Below the pieces are notes generated by a model. The model was not told the origin of the DNA. It searched no databases and worked only from the letters and a program-made list of their open reading frames with translations. Below, in pieces: positions 35,360-47,874 of a DNA stretch of 64,000 bases (position 1 is its first letter; each line of letters begins with the position of its first letter). This DNA is from Takakia lepidozioides (taxonomy: Eukaryota > Plantae > Bryophyta): NCBI GenBank assembly GCA_030704615.1, contig CM060732.1, forward strand, positions 54,560,001 to 54,624,000, written 5' to 3'. The position numbers were made by a program, and so were the translations under genes.

Positions 35360-37917
35360 ATCACCTCTGGTTGCTGTTGGCCTGCAAAAGATGCCACGGG
35401 CCTTTGCTCCTGAGGTCCCCTGTAAGCTCCATGGAACTTGGGTTGGGAAACCTTGCCGCCCTGACCACGCTGTTGGGCAGTGCCTTGTGCCTGTGGGCTG
35501 GCAGCTGCGCCTCGTGCAGGCATGTCCTTGCCAAATCCAATGGTAACAATTCGCTCCTCCACCATGTTGAGCTCAATCCGCTCAGCCAGCAGAAACACAT
35601 CTGCTAATGTGGGTTGGGCTGCTTGTAACAGGGTTGCATCTCGCACCCTTCTTTTGAGCTCATTGTCCAGAATTCCATACCAAAACAAGATTGCCTGAGC
35701 TTCAGTAACCCCTTGGGTCACACTTATCAAGCGCCTTTCGCAGGTTCTCACTGGGTTTGCGCTGGAAGTCTTGCAAACTTCGCAGCTTCTCTGTCCGTAC
35801 ACCTTGGTAGCTGCTTTGCAACTCCTGGAAGAACTCCACCACCGGGTTGAATCTAGGCACATGTGTTGTAGTCGTGGCAGGAGGAGTAGTAGCACCTTTT
35901 GAACTGGTACCACCTGCAGAAGTACCGGCACTACTTGTTCCACTACTAGTGCTGGCAGTGGGAGATATTGGTACTGATGCAGCTACTAGTCGCGTCGTGC
36001 CTCGAGTAATGGAGACGTAGTCAGGTGACCAATACATCCTCCACTCCTCAATCTCTGCTTCATGTCCTCGCCTGAACTCGTGGTAATCGTCCATAGGCGG
36101 GCCTTCCAAATGCTGGAACAGTCCCTTCCACGCCATGAATATGGTGAATAGATGTGGATTGCGCATCTGCTGCAAATCACACCAGCTGTCGAACTCCTGG
36201 ATAAAGTCATCCAACTCGATTGTGCCCACAGCTCCAGAGTACCTACGAGGCCCCTTGGTAGCTCCATACATCTCCTCCATGTCGTCCCACAACAATGGCG
36301 AATGAAACTGCACACCTGTTGATGAAGCCTCCGAGTCTGTGTCTAACTCTGCACTAGTTGAGGGTGGAGGTGGAGGTGGTCTGAAACGAACACCTCGTCT
36401 CGTGAACCCACTCTCACTGCTACTGCCTGTAGCCGTGCTCCCCTCAGAACCCTTGGGTAACTCCGTGATGACACTCACAATGTGCACCTCCCCCACGTGA
36501 CACTATAAGGCTCTAGTACTAATTCTAATAGTGACACGGGTGGGCACTTGTTGCAGTTTGAGGGTCATATCCCAGTGGCTCAGGGCACCTGCACCTGCAT
36601 CCACCGCAAGAACTCCTATGGTTGGCTGGTCATCAACCCAGTCTCACCATAGAAGAAACATTGGTGGTCTTGCTGGTCATCACTCCAGCCTCACCACCGA
36701 CAGCATACTCTAGGATTGACCGGTGATCAAATCCGGCCTAATCCCTATGAAAGCAAGCGCCCACACAAAACCAACATGGTGCACAGTCAAGCATGCAGGT
36801 GTTGGGGGGGATCCAAACACAAGAAATCAAAACATCAACACCCCCACACCAAAATCCAGCTGCAATGCTGATCATGCAGAATATCCCAGCCCAAAACCCC
36901 GGACTGACTGGCCTCCACCAAGAGAGGCTTTGGCAACTACAAGTACAAGGTAATGAAAATAGTAATGAGATGGAGGGGAAGAATAGAAGCCCGACCAAGT
37001 AAGATCTAATCCTGATCTATGCTATCAACTGCCAGACTTCTCTCAAAGTACCTCTCTCTGCATGATGGTAAGGTGTAGGAGGTATATCTATGTCCAGAAA
37101 CCTACCACTAACCTTATCCCAAGCTACAGTAGCTCGCTCTAACCAACCCTCCTCCTCTCTCTGCCAAGTAGAGACAAAGCAATATTCCCCTATCTCCCGC
37201 TCACTGAACACTAAAGAAAACAAAGGTAGGGTCTGATAGTCTCTCAACTCGACAGGTTTTGAGACGGTTGCGAGTGTCCTCATTGCGAAGGACTGCATCT
37301 CCCTCAAGCAAAACAAACTTGTCATTGCTTATGAACCCCCGCTCGTGGTTGCCTTGTGCAGAGCGTGTCCGGCTACAACCATGTCTGATTGCACAAACTT
37401 GTGTAGCTCCTGCTCCTCTGCTCCAATACACCACGACCTTGTGGCTGAACACCTTGGTCCCCCGGGATTTCTTTGGCTGTGTTCCAAGCCTAGCTTTCAC
37501 CCACTTTGGTATTTCACCTACAGCTGCAGAACTGCTGGCTCCAACAGAGTTCTGACTGTCCCAAGCGATATTGAGGCCCTCAACGTCAACTACAGCAGTT
37601 TGTTGTCTACTGCTAATGCCTGACTCCCAGTATGCAATCAACTCGTCCAACTGTTCTCCACTCAAATCAGTCTGAGTTCCTTGGGAAACATAAATCTTGT
37701 CCCCTTGTGTGCACAGGCTAAGAGACGAGACCTGCCCTTCAATTACGTCCTCATTTACCCCAGCCATACAAGGAGGACATCCACAGATTTGTCTCTCACA
37801 TAGACCAGAGCAGGTTCTAGAAACAGAATTGTGGATCTTTCACGGCACACTCACACTCTAAAAATTCCATAGATTTTTAGCAAAGTCCCAAAAACAAAAA
37901 CCAGGTCTCAGATAGGT
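32271..37917 (-). mobile_element. Second, end-truncated copy of the MTase-Gypsy family (extra ORF, gag, PR, MTase, start of RT)
   Basis: Collinear and highly similar to 8845-14230. It additionally keeps the post-MTase linker and the RT N-terminus FAFSLKDLG..RIELATDTPIFRRPYRY. No LTRs remain. Confidence 0.92.
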
Positions 37918-37919
37918 TT

Positions 37920-38055
37920 GGCTCCAAATTTTAAATTAGATCAAAAGGGCATTTTTATTTTATTTTTTTTAAAAGGTTTTCAAGTTTAAAAATTTAAAGT
38001 TACACCCAAAATATCTGGTAACTGGTTCCCGGTTCCCTAAGTTCTATATACACTG
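37920..38055. mobile_element. Possible hAT-like transposon terminus
   Basis: The minus strand begins CAGTGTATATAGAAC.. followed by GGAACCGGGAACC motifs, exactly where Roco coding resumes. The partner end was not found. Confidence 0.35.
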
Positions 38056-39065
38056 GTGAAGGTGTTAAAAGATAAGGTGGAGAAGGACATGCTCAAGAAT
38101 GCAGGTAAGCTCACATACGTACATACATGGGACCCGTTTGAGAGTAATATACTGCAAGGTGGTTTTGACAAGGCCAAGGATTTGTTGGGCAACAAAGAAT
38201 GCGTGGATATGTTATCCAGCCATCTTCAATATTTGAAAAGTATGCAACAAAAGCTTAATCTGCCAATCGATACAAATGATATGGAAGAGCATGAATATAC
38301 TGAAGCGCATACTCCAACTGGAGTTGCAAAGAGTATAGTTGGTATTGCACAAGGTGTGGAGAATTTACATCACGAGCTCCGTGGTGACATGCAAGAGATG
38401 AAGAATTGCTTACAGACGCTACAAGCAAGCGTATTGAAGCTGGGCAAAGACATTGAATCTTTGCAAGAAAAACTTTTGCCAAGTCTTTGCTCAAAGTTAG
38501 ATGAGATGATCGATTTCTCTCTACAATTGCACCAACGTAAAATTCCTCGGCTTGTCTACTTCACCACCACTGACATCACGTTTAGCAGAAAAATATTCAC
38601 CAGCATCTTGCCAGGCTTGAAAACAAAATTGGTATCCATGTAGTACCTGGTCAAGCTGGTTGTCCGCTTACTTGTGAAAGCAAATTGGGACGTAATATTC
38701 GACCATTGTTGGTATGGGGCCTCAAAACCATTACGTTGTTGATCAAAGTGGGTGCGCACATGACGGCTGGGATAGGCAATATGATCCCTGAACTGGCGGA
38801 CCTTTTAGCACTTGGTTTAGACTCAGGGGTTATCGATAAGGTGTTACCCGCAGATGGAGGAGACGATGGGCTGCCATTTGACAAAGATGCAGCTCCATGG
38901 GGTCTCGCTGACTTCTTGGGAAATGTGAAGAACATCTCAAGTGTGTTTGGTTTGGAGCAAGTCTTGTATAAGGAGCCCGGAAGAAAAACTGGGCAAATAG
39001 CATGGATTTGCAAAGAACATCTGAAGCAGGGATTGGAGAATCGCACATTGAGTACACGACCATGA
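38056..39065 (+). pseudogene. Roco pseudogene, segment 4 (C-terminal region), frameshift near 38640
   Basis: YVHTW..FDKAKDLL, a coiled coil, KLDEMIDFSLQLHQRKIPRLVYF, LLVWGLKTITLLIKVGAHMTAGIGNMIP and VFGLEQVLY..IAWICKEH, resembling the TORNADO1 C-terminus. Confidence 0.8.
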
Positions 39066-39137
39066 AACTAGGTGGGCGATATTCCATTGGAGGACCGGAA
39101 GCACTTGTGGGGGCCCAGCTATATCCATATCCCCCAT

Positions 39138-40968
39138 CCGAGACCTGATTGGCCCAGCCGTACTATAGAACCGGGCCGGGTAGGGCCGATTCTGCCCTGT
39201 AAGCGGCACTGGGCAGAGTCGGCCCGTTCACTAGCGTTAAAAGCAAGGTGTGGAGTATTCTCACCGCTACGTGGCGCAATCTCATTGGGCGTGAAATATC
39301 CCATATCGATTGTCAATATTCAGAACGGTCCCCATGGAGGATATAGACGGGGTGAGATGTCAGTAGAAAGACATTGGGCTTCAATCCACTCTTAATAATA
39401 TGGGCATGCACCTTCCTTCCCTCTGCGAGGTCATTCATCTTGTCATTGCAGTATCTGTCCCAATGTCTTTTTACTGAATTAATCTCAAGAGACAGGGTTG
39501 ATATATGAGGCAACTCCAACATAAATGAAGTGGAGTACTTCAGATATCACTACAAACCTATTTACTGTGCATGCACCGTATACAACCATGTTTTCAACAC
39601 CTCTTCGATTCAACGAAGAAATAAAAATTGTAGCTAGATTGCAAGCAGAGGCACAGTTGCATATACTTGGAGCCCACCTCATAGAGGTCTAGCGGGCTGG
39701 AAAGGACAAATCCTTGCGCCCATGCATGAATAGAGTGTGGACAGAGTGTGAAGTTGCTGGTACCCACAAAACAAGATGTTCTAGACATGGAATGTACACC
39801 ATCAATATCAAAAGATATAGACATACGATCATTGATCATTCCCTCTCACAGTTATGACATACCTCTAGCCGGCACATCAAAAGAAGAACAAATGAGAATG
39901 AAATTGTACATTATAATGTCCAGAGCTAGAAAGAAGTTCAAGCAAAAATGCACCTATCAGCAGGTAAGCAAAATGTCATAATGTTTCACCATATTGAGAT
40001 ACCCATGGCCTCTAGAGGGATTGCAAAAAGACGTGGCACCTGAAGATCCTGATTTTATGAGAATTTGTCCATCTCTGTATGTGGATGGCTGAAGAAGCCT
40101 ACTTGATATACCTCATATGCTACCTGAATCATTTATCTGCGAATTATCAGATTATGAACCCCCGGAGAATGTGCTCAATGTAAAGGTTTACCGCCAAAGC
40201 TTTGAAACCTGCCAAATACATAGGTCTCAAACACATTGGTGACTTTCTTTCCGACAACGATACCCACAACAATGCCCGAAGAGAGCAAACACATATAGTC
40301 GTTCTGGGCTTTTTAATGGATATTTTGAAGTTTACTGTAGCAACAAGAGAATCGAAGAGCCTTTCATGTCTCCCAAGACCTGAAACACTTGGTAGCTCTA
40401 GTACTAGCCATCACAACCAAACTACAACTGAATTTTCGAGAATTTCTCTAAGAGGAAGAGCCCAATGCATAAGATATGTTACAACCTAACATCTCTGATC
40501 CTCGTAAGAAAATCTTTTGATAGCAAATGGTTGCTTCTAAAAATGGGCCACAGTATCCATCTCGTAATAGAGAGACTAATGAAGGAGAAGAGATGTTCTT
40601 CCTAGTCTCTATCTCTCTATTATAAGCATGTGCCGATTGCAGATGCATAGTAGATAGATCAATATTTGGCAACATTAGGATGCTCTTTCAAATCGGACTA
40701 GGGGCAGTGAGAGTCCATACTTTTACAAGTCAGTGTAAATGTCATCCTTGAATCTCAACTCGTTGAAACACACTCATAGATCGCCTCCTAATAGGAGATT
40801 GGCACCAATGATGCAAGTAGTGTTGTTTAAAGTAGATCCCTGTTATTTAATAGTTTGAATGCGCAGATTTTGGAGTTAGGGGACGGATGGCAGCAGCGTA
40901 ACCCGTCATCCAAGTCCGTTCAGTTCGAGGAGGGGGTTTATGGATACGCTGGGCCAATCAGGTCTCGG
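39138..40968. mobile_element. Putative nonautonomous TIR element carrying a PPR fragment
   Basis: Perfect 21-bp inverted repeat CCGAGACCTGATTGGCCCAGC (39138-39158 / 40948-40968). No clear TSD. Confidence 0.45.
39365..39460 (-). pseudogene. PPR L-motif fragment
   Basis: DLAEGRKVHAHIIKSGLKPNVFL resembles ALAEGRKVHTHIIQNEFEQNSFL in the PPR-DYW gene. Confidence 0.65.
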
Positions 40969-41532
40969 TGTTCTACCTAGTTGCAGATTGAGGATGTGGA
41001 AAATTGGGAAGAAAATCTATTCCACTATCCCCGCAACAATTCGATCATAGTGTAAGCACAGCAATTCAATCAACACATCACTAGAAGCATTCGTGTCATT
41101 TACCACTGGGGTAACGACTCATTTTGAGTCGTAAAAGTCAAAAAATTGGGATCGACTGGAAGTTACAAACGACTAGTTACAACAAACGTGGTAGTTGGGT
41201 TGGACATCCAATGATTGGAGTGGTAAAGGACGTAGACGCGCGAACAACTGCTTAGCGATTAATGCTGAAGAACCACGTGGCGTAACTAGGCGGGCCGCCC
41301 GTGTGTATGACCTTTTGGGCTGACTTTGACTTTTCCCTCCGGATGAGTGGATCAACTCACCGGAGTGCGGTGACACAAGGACGCGGACGTGGACAACGAT
41401 GTGGACGCCGACGTGGCGGCGCCACGACGAGCAGCACTGCTGCCACGTGGCCACGGGCCCGGGGCGCCACATGGTAGTAGACCACATAACTTGCAGTGCT
41501 ACCTGCCCAGTGGCAATTGCGACTGCGGAAGT

Positions 41533-41797
41533 TGGCGCAACCACTGCTTTACTACTTTAAATGAAGTGCTTGAAATTACTTGAACAATCATTCATAGTGA
41601 TTCATGCTTTGAAGTTTTGGTGTTTGTAGTGAGTCGACTAATACATACGCATGTAATGCCATACAAAAGAACTAATCATGCATTATAAATGCACAAACGA
41701 TGAAAGACATGCCATGAAACAAAATGAAATGAAAATGAATGAAATGAAACAAAATGGTACTTTATTACATCTACGGAAAGCTCAAAGAGCTTATGGG
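41533..41797 (+). repeat. Left arm of a ~265-bp inverted repeat (partner 52498-52768)
   Basis: Reverse-complement match including the (GAAAT)n tract. Confidence 0.9.
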
Positions 41798-41939
41798 ACA
41801 AAATGAAAAAAACAAAGTAAAAGAGCAGCCCAAAAGCTACTGCTACTCTGGGGATTGCCTAAGGGTCAAGGCCTCGTGCAAATAAGCTGCCAAGCAGTTC
41901 TGATCCTCATAATGCAAGGCTTCAGTGAGTTCCACGGAA

Positions 41940-43010
41940 TAGACCATCTACCCATGGAGGTTTCTTGTAGTTATTGATCCACAGGGAATCATAGGTAAAC
42001 TTGTGCTTGAAATTTGGCCCTCTAGGATGAATCTGGACCCATACTCTATCCCTGCTCCTTCAGCTATCCATGCCCCTGCACAAATCATGCATTCATCCTT
42101 GCCTTGCTGCTAGGAGCTAACAATGACAGCCTAGATTTGTTCAGCTAGGAAACACCCAACTCAGTTTATCACACTAGTTCCTATGCTCAATTGCGTCTGC
42201 TACTCTCTGAAATGTAGCAGGCATTCATCTTTTTGGCTCGGTTGTCCCATCATTGACTGGGGGTAGAAAAGTATTCATTCCACAACTTCTCCTCATGTCT
42301 GTTACTTGTTTTTTGATACTTTCCTATTGTCACATAGCAGTATCATGTCAAAGTCACTCCAAACTAGATTCACTCAACCAGCTAACTTGCAGAATTCAAC
42401 ATGGAAATTTTGGGCCGATTCTGATAAGAGGAAAAAACAGGGGGAAATGTGCTGAAGAAGATGCCTTCATTAACAATGTCTGATTTTATCAATTGTGCCG
42501 TTGCTGCCAGTTGACCATCTACCCATGCAGGTTTCTTATAGCTTCATAGTTAATCTGGAGCTTGAAGTCCGGCCCTCTTGGGTGAATCTGCACCCACACT
42601 CTATCCCTGCTCCTTCAGCTATCCATGCCTCGCACGAATCATGCATACAACCTTGCCTTGTTCCTAGCAGTTGACGATGACAGCCTACACTTGTTCTAGG
42701 AAGCACCCAACTCAACTGATCACACTAGTTCCCACGCTCAATTGCATCTGCTACTCTCTATAATCCAACAAACATTCACCTTCTTGCCTCGATTGTCCCA
42801 CCATTGACTGGGGTCAGAAAAATATTCATTCTACAACTTCTCCTCGTCTGTGTTACCTGTTTCTGATACTTTCCTGTTGTCAAAGTCACTCCAAACTATC
42901 AAAGCTTCACTCAACCAGTTAACTTGCAGAATTCACACATGAATAATTAGGTGCGATTTTGATAAGAGGGGAAAACAAGGTGAAATTGAAGAAGGTGCCT
43001 TCATTAGCAA
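41940..43010 (+). repeat. Diverged ~500-bp tandem duplication, with a third partial inverted copy at ~49130-49295
   Basis: GACCATCTACCCATG..CTCTATCCCTGCTCCTTCAGCTATCCATG..CTTCATTA occurs twice. The reverse complement of the core occurs near 49230-49260. Confidence 0.8.
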
Positions 43011-43861
43011 TCATTAGCACATAACTATGAAAGCTATCAAAACATAACCGTTCTAAAGCCAGGCATTTAAACACACGTTTATGGATGAAACTCATGAAAA
43101 GCACTTTGCAAAACTACAAAACTTACAAAACACCTCTCAAACCAACCCAGTTCCAAACAACAAGAACCATTCTAGATGATATACACTTTGTTTGCCATAT
43201 CCAACGCATCATAATTAGTTGTCAGCCTTACATAAGCCTTCTCCAGTCCATCAGGGCTGTTGCACAAAATTGCAAGCCCAGAGGTAAGAATACATGTAAT
43301 AAGCACCCAAAGGGGAATAGTCCTTGCTCTACTAAGCCAGCCTTGAGGTTCCATTCTAAGCTTGAGATTGCGACTTGACACAGCTAACAACAATCATGTC
43401 AGCTGATTGAGTGTTCCTGAAGATCTTGAAAATAATCAATCATGGTAATCTCAGGTTGTCGCCCACACAATAAGAGAGGGTGTGATGGTAACTCAGGCAG
43501 GGTTACTCCAACCCTACATGACAAGTGGATTTTGTTTCAGAGTGAAAAGGATAGCGTAGCATTCTAGCAGGCAAAGAATTGCAACGTAGCTACGGCGTGA
43601 GCCCAGCCCCGTGAGCTTGGGAGCTGAGCTCACGTTGTAGCTGCAAAGCGTGAGCGGCACAAATCTGCTGGAGAAGTGTGCCATGTTCAAATCACCCATT
43701 ATTGGAAGCTCAAAGAGTGTGCAACAACGCACACTGTTTTTGGCCCGCACACTGCTTGTTTTCTAATGTGAAATTGGGCCACACAGGGCCTGTCTGCCAT
43801 GCTCTAAACACCATCGTTTCTTGCCTCTCTCTTATATGAATTTGAATTAACAACCCTGTAG

Positions 43862-46800
43862 GAGAAGATGCAAATGGTGGAGGATGAGAACCCTTCGGGG
43901 CAGGGGAAGGAGATCATTGTTGATGTGGACGATGAGTTCTATGAAAGCAAAGCCGCTGAGATGCTAGGGGGTCAGAAGGTAAACTCTCAGCTTGTGGTGC
44001 AAAGTATGCTTGCCCTGGGTGGGAGGTTGAAAATTCCCCTGTGTAGGTTGGTTTCCATGCCCGTCGTTTGTCCACCCCTCATCAAGGACATCCTGAAGTT
44101 GGAGGCCGAGTTTGTTCATGGGTATTTGGATGGATCCGCAGTCTTTTACGTTTCTACTATGGATTCCAGAGGCAATGAGCTCCTTGTGGATGAGTCAATC
44201 GTGGACTCCTGGGATCCCATTTGGAGACAGGTGAACGAATCCTTCGAACTTCTTCTCTCCAGGAAACCTTCGACCCAGGCATTCTCAGGGAAGATGTTTC
44301 ACGTATGGGATGGCAACCACCGGTTGCTTGCATGGATGGCTGTCATTGGGAGGCTGCACTCACAGGAGGAAGAGTGGCATTACTCTGTTCGATCAATGGT
44401 GCTGGATTGTGACGGGAACATGATGGGTCTTCTGACGGCAATGAATGATGTGAACAAGTTGGTTTCTCATTCTACATGTTTCAGTTGTGGTTCCGTGGTT
44501 CTTTTGTTCCAGTCCTCTGTTGACTGTTCTTGAATTTAGTTCTGACTTTCACACATCATTCTGCAGAGGGACGGAGACATCGCATGTCAAAACGAGTCTG
44601 GTTCACACACTGTACAGGATACAAAGGATCGGGCAGATGCCCTTGACCAACTTCAAGACCATCCTTTCAGCAGAGACATACAAGAAGTGCGAAAGCTCCA
44701 AGACATCAGAAACGTGGTACTTGTTGACCCGTGAGGCTTTCATGGAGTATATGTACGCGGTGAGATACATCTTCCATCATCTAGCCTTTCGATATTCCTG
44801 CTTCCAGATGTTTGTTTCTGTTTGTTTCCCTGCCCTTGGGTTGATGCAACTCTCGTGCATTCCCTTGCAGCAAGATATTGCAGATGCAGGAGAGTGTGGC
44901 AAACTGGAATACTACAGCTCTACCCCTGAGGAGAGAAGGACAACAAAGGGGGTTGAGAGTCACATCAAGAAAGAAATGACCGCCACAAGAAGGACTATTA
45001 TGAGTGCTTTTGTTAAGCAGTTGAGAATTGCCGACCCATCATTCGGACCGCAGTTTCTTCAAGAGGTGAAAAACCATTACAACAAGCCAGGCAAGCCGGA
45101 GATGGCCCAGGAGAAGTTACACGGGTTGTCTACCGCCGTTGTGTCTTCAGAACAGAAGGTGAAGTGGCTACAGATATGGAACTCCGATCCCACTGTTAGG
45201 GATACCCACATGTTTCCCAGGGCGGAGAAAGAGAAGAAGACCCAGCGTGTCATTCCTGTCAGTGACAATGTGCTGGACACATGGCTTTATAAGGCCACTT
45301 ACTGGAGCCAGGTATGATGTCATTTGCTGTGTCTTTTTTGTCATTCTCTTTCCATGTTACATTGGTTGTGATTGTTTCTTGGTTCATTCTTGCATTTGAA
45401 TTGTTTTGCAGTTGGAGGAAAGGGCCCGGTCGGTTCTACATACGCAGCTGGCTGACTATGGCATCACCATGATAGCACCGAAGGTCTCCTTCCAAGCATA
45501 CATGAGGAAATGGAGAGCCACAATGTGGCAATCTTGTTTCTTCAGAGAGTTCAGCAAGGAGGGTGGCATCAGTCGAACAAATGAGCTTGACCAGCGAGAG
45601 AAAGGAGAGGAAGCCTGGAAATGATGCCTTTATAGGTGCAAAATGGACTGTGCTTCTTTGTTTTGCAAATACACACTCTCCTCCATCCAACCTGTTTTGG
45701 GCTGGCTCATATGAGTTTGCGGTGCCGCACACTCATTTGTTCTATCCGTGTGTAGTAACACCAACGTGCACACCCTGGGCCCTTCAGGCTATTTTGTGTG
45801 CGGTGGTTGCAGTGTACTATGCCGCATACTCTTTTAGGGGGTCTTCATGATGTGGTGGAAAAGCTGGGAGACAATAATTGCATTGCATAATGAGGCTGTC
45901 TCTGTTCCTGCAGGTACATAAAGTATGTTCTCATGGCAAAGAACTGCTTGGACGAACATCCTGATTTCGTGGACCTTTGGCTTGTCCCTACTGGCAACCA
46001 GACCATGTTTACTACTGGGATCTTGCATGACTGGGGCCCAGACCATCTTTTTGCTTGTGGTTGGTATTTGGATTGCCCTCCTTCTGAGACCCCAGCTCAG
46101 GAGGTGTCTTTGAGGAGAGAGAATGAGCGTATAGCAGCCACCGCCGCAGCAGCCGACCTTGACATTCATGATAGAAATTTGAGGACTCTTGCAGCGAAGG
46201 AGCCTCCCGCTCAGGATACCCCGGGTAAAGGTAGAAGGCAAAGGGAAAAGAAGTTGCTGGTGGTGTGGGGAAAAGAAGGGGTAGGGGGAAGGGGGCACAA
46301 GGGCAAGTAGGTGGGCAGGGAAGTGTTGCAGATACTGGCCTTGTGGTGGATGTCCAGCAGACTCCACCGCAAGGTAGGGGATCCGGGAGAAAGAACAAGG
46401 GGGATCCGGGAGAAAGAACAAGGGGGTGGTTGATCCCAAGGACCCGTACCATGCAGTGGAGCATCCCACGAGGGTCATTCGCCCTACCAGGTTGGAGATG
46501 GCCAACGTCGGCTTCCTTGCCATGATGGAGTCCAAGAAATCTGATTACAAGGGCGAGCCATCACCAGTGTGGGAGAGGATTGTGGAGTTCCTCGGCACGG
46601 TGCGTGTTGTCTTTTGCTTCTTGTCTTTTGTGGGCATGGATCGTTTCAATCCTCTTGAGCATTCCATTGCATGCTTGTTGCAGGCTCAAATGACCAAATC
46701 TTGGGTGAACGGGAATGAGAAGCCATATGCAGCCGAACTCATCATCTTGGACATCCCTGATGGGTTGTCAGTCCCGGATGTCCCTCCATCGGGTGCTTGT

Positions 46801-47330
46801 CCAGGTTGGAATGCTTTTGATGAGTGCTACTGGCGGTGGGTTTTCTCCTTTTGTAATTTTTTTCTGTCCGATGCAGGTGTTTTGGTGCTCATCCAGTCCA
46901 TCGACTTTCGCTGTCACTGTGCACTTGCCAGCTATTTGCAAGCCTCCGGTATGAGGGTCGTGAAGACATGGAATTGTGTGAACAACATGTACCTGACGAA
47001 GGGGGATCGTCCGGGAGAGATGGTAAATCTGCCTTCTTATTCCTCTTCTTGGTGGTTCTCGGATGGAGTCAAATGAATATGTAGGGGCCTGGTTTTCAAG
47101 CTTCTTAGTTCCTTGTGGATGTCCTGTTCGCAGACTCGTTTGTTTGAAGCTGTTTGTCTCATCCGAGTGCATCCACCTATGACTCCAGCCGTCATTAGGG
47201 AGTTCGCCATCACTCATGGGGGCAAGTTCATAGACGAGAGGATAGATCCTCCCACGGATGACATGCACCACAACTACGTGGACATCAATGTGTGCTAATC
47301 TGGTCCATGGCGAGGGGCCTTGCCTTCCAC
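43862..47330 (+). pseudogene. Multi-exon gene with a ParB/Srx-like N-terminal domain and a truncated amino-(N6A/N4C)-methyltransferase-like C-terminal domain; likely transposon-borne and decayed
   Basis: FHVWDGNHRLLAW (DGxHR motif) and short GT-AG introns (44458-44566, 44760-44870, 45312-45411). Downstream is AELIILDIPDG..W..FLSDAGVLVL. Premature stops are present. Confidence 0.55.
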
Positions 47331-47874
47331 CAATCATCTGTAAGTCCTGTGAAATTGTTTTTGTGGCAGTTTGTAAGCAGTGGGTAGCGATGGTGGGCTG
47401 TTGTAGGATTTGATGAACTCAATGTCGTGTATTGACAACAACCCCTCATCTCTTATGCAAGCATTCAACAAGCCAAGTTGACTGCAGAGCATATGCTGCC
47501 CCCCACGTTTCTAGTTGCCTATTGTTCTTCATCTCCTGGGCAGAGGCATTTTCCAGGGTCTCCATCTGTGATGACACCTTGATAAGAGTGAGATGAGTTG
47601 ATGCAGGATAGGGGGAGGGCTTGCTGGTGTATGTTGTCCGATAGGCCCCATGCACAGAGTCAGAGCTAGAAGTCAGCCTTGCAAGGACCCAAGTGAGAGA
47701 AGTCTGGTGGGGATAGCATCTTGGGGGATGGCAGTTAGGGCAATGTGTGTCTAGGGCAATATATGTCATAGCAGCGGGTGATGTGCTACCAATTTTGAGG
47801 ATAGAGACAGCTTGTAAGCTGTAGATTTGTATCAGTGGTTTCTTCTGACACATATTGCTCCCAGTTTGTCACAA

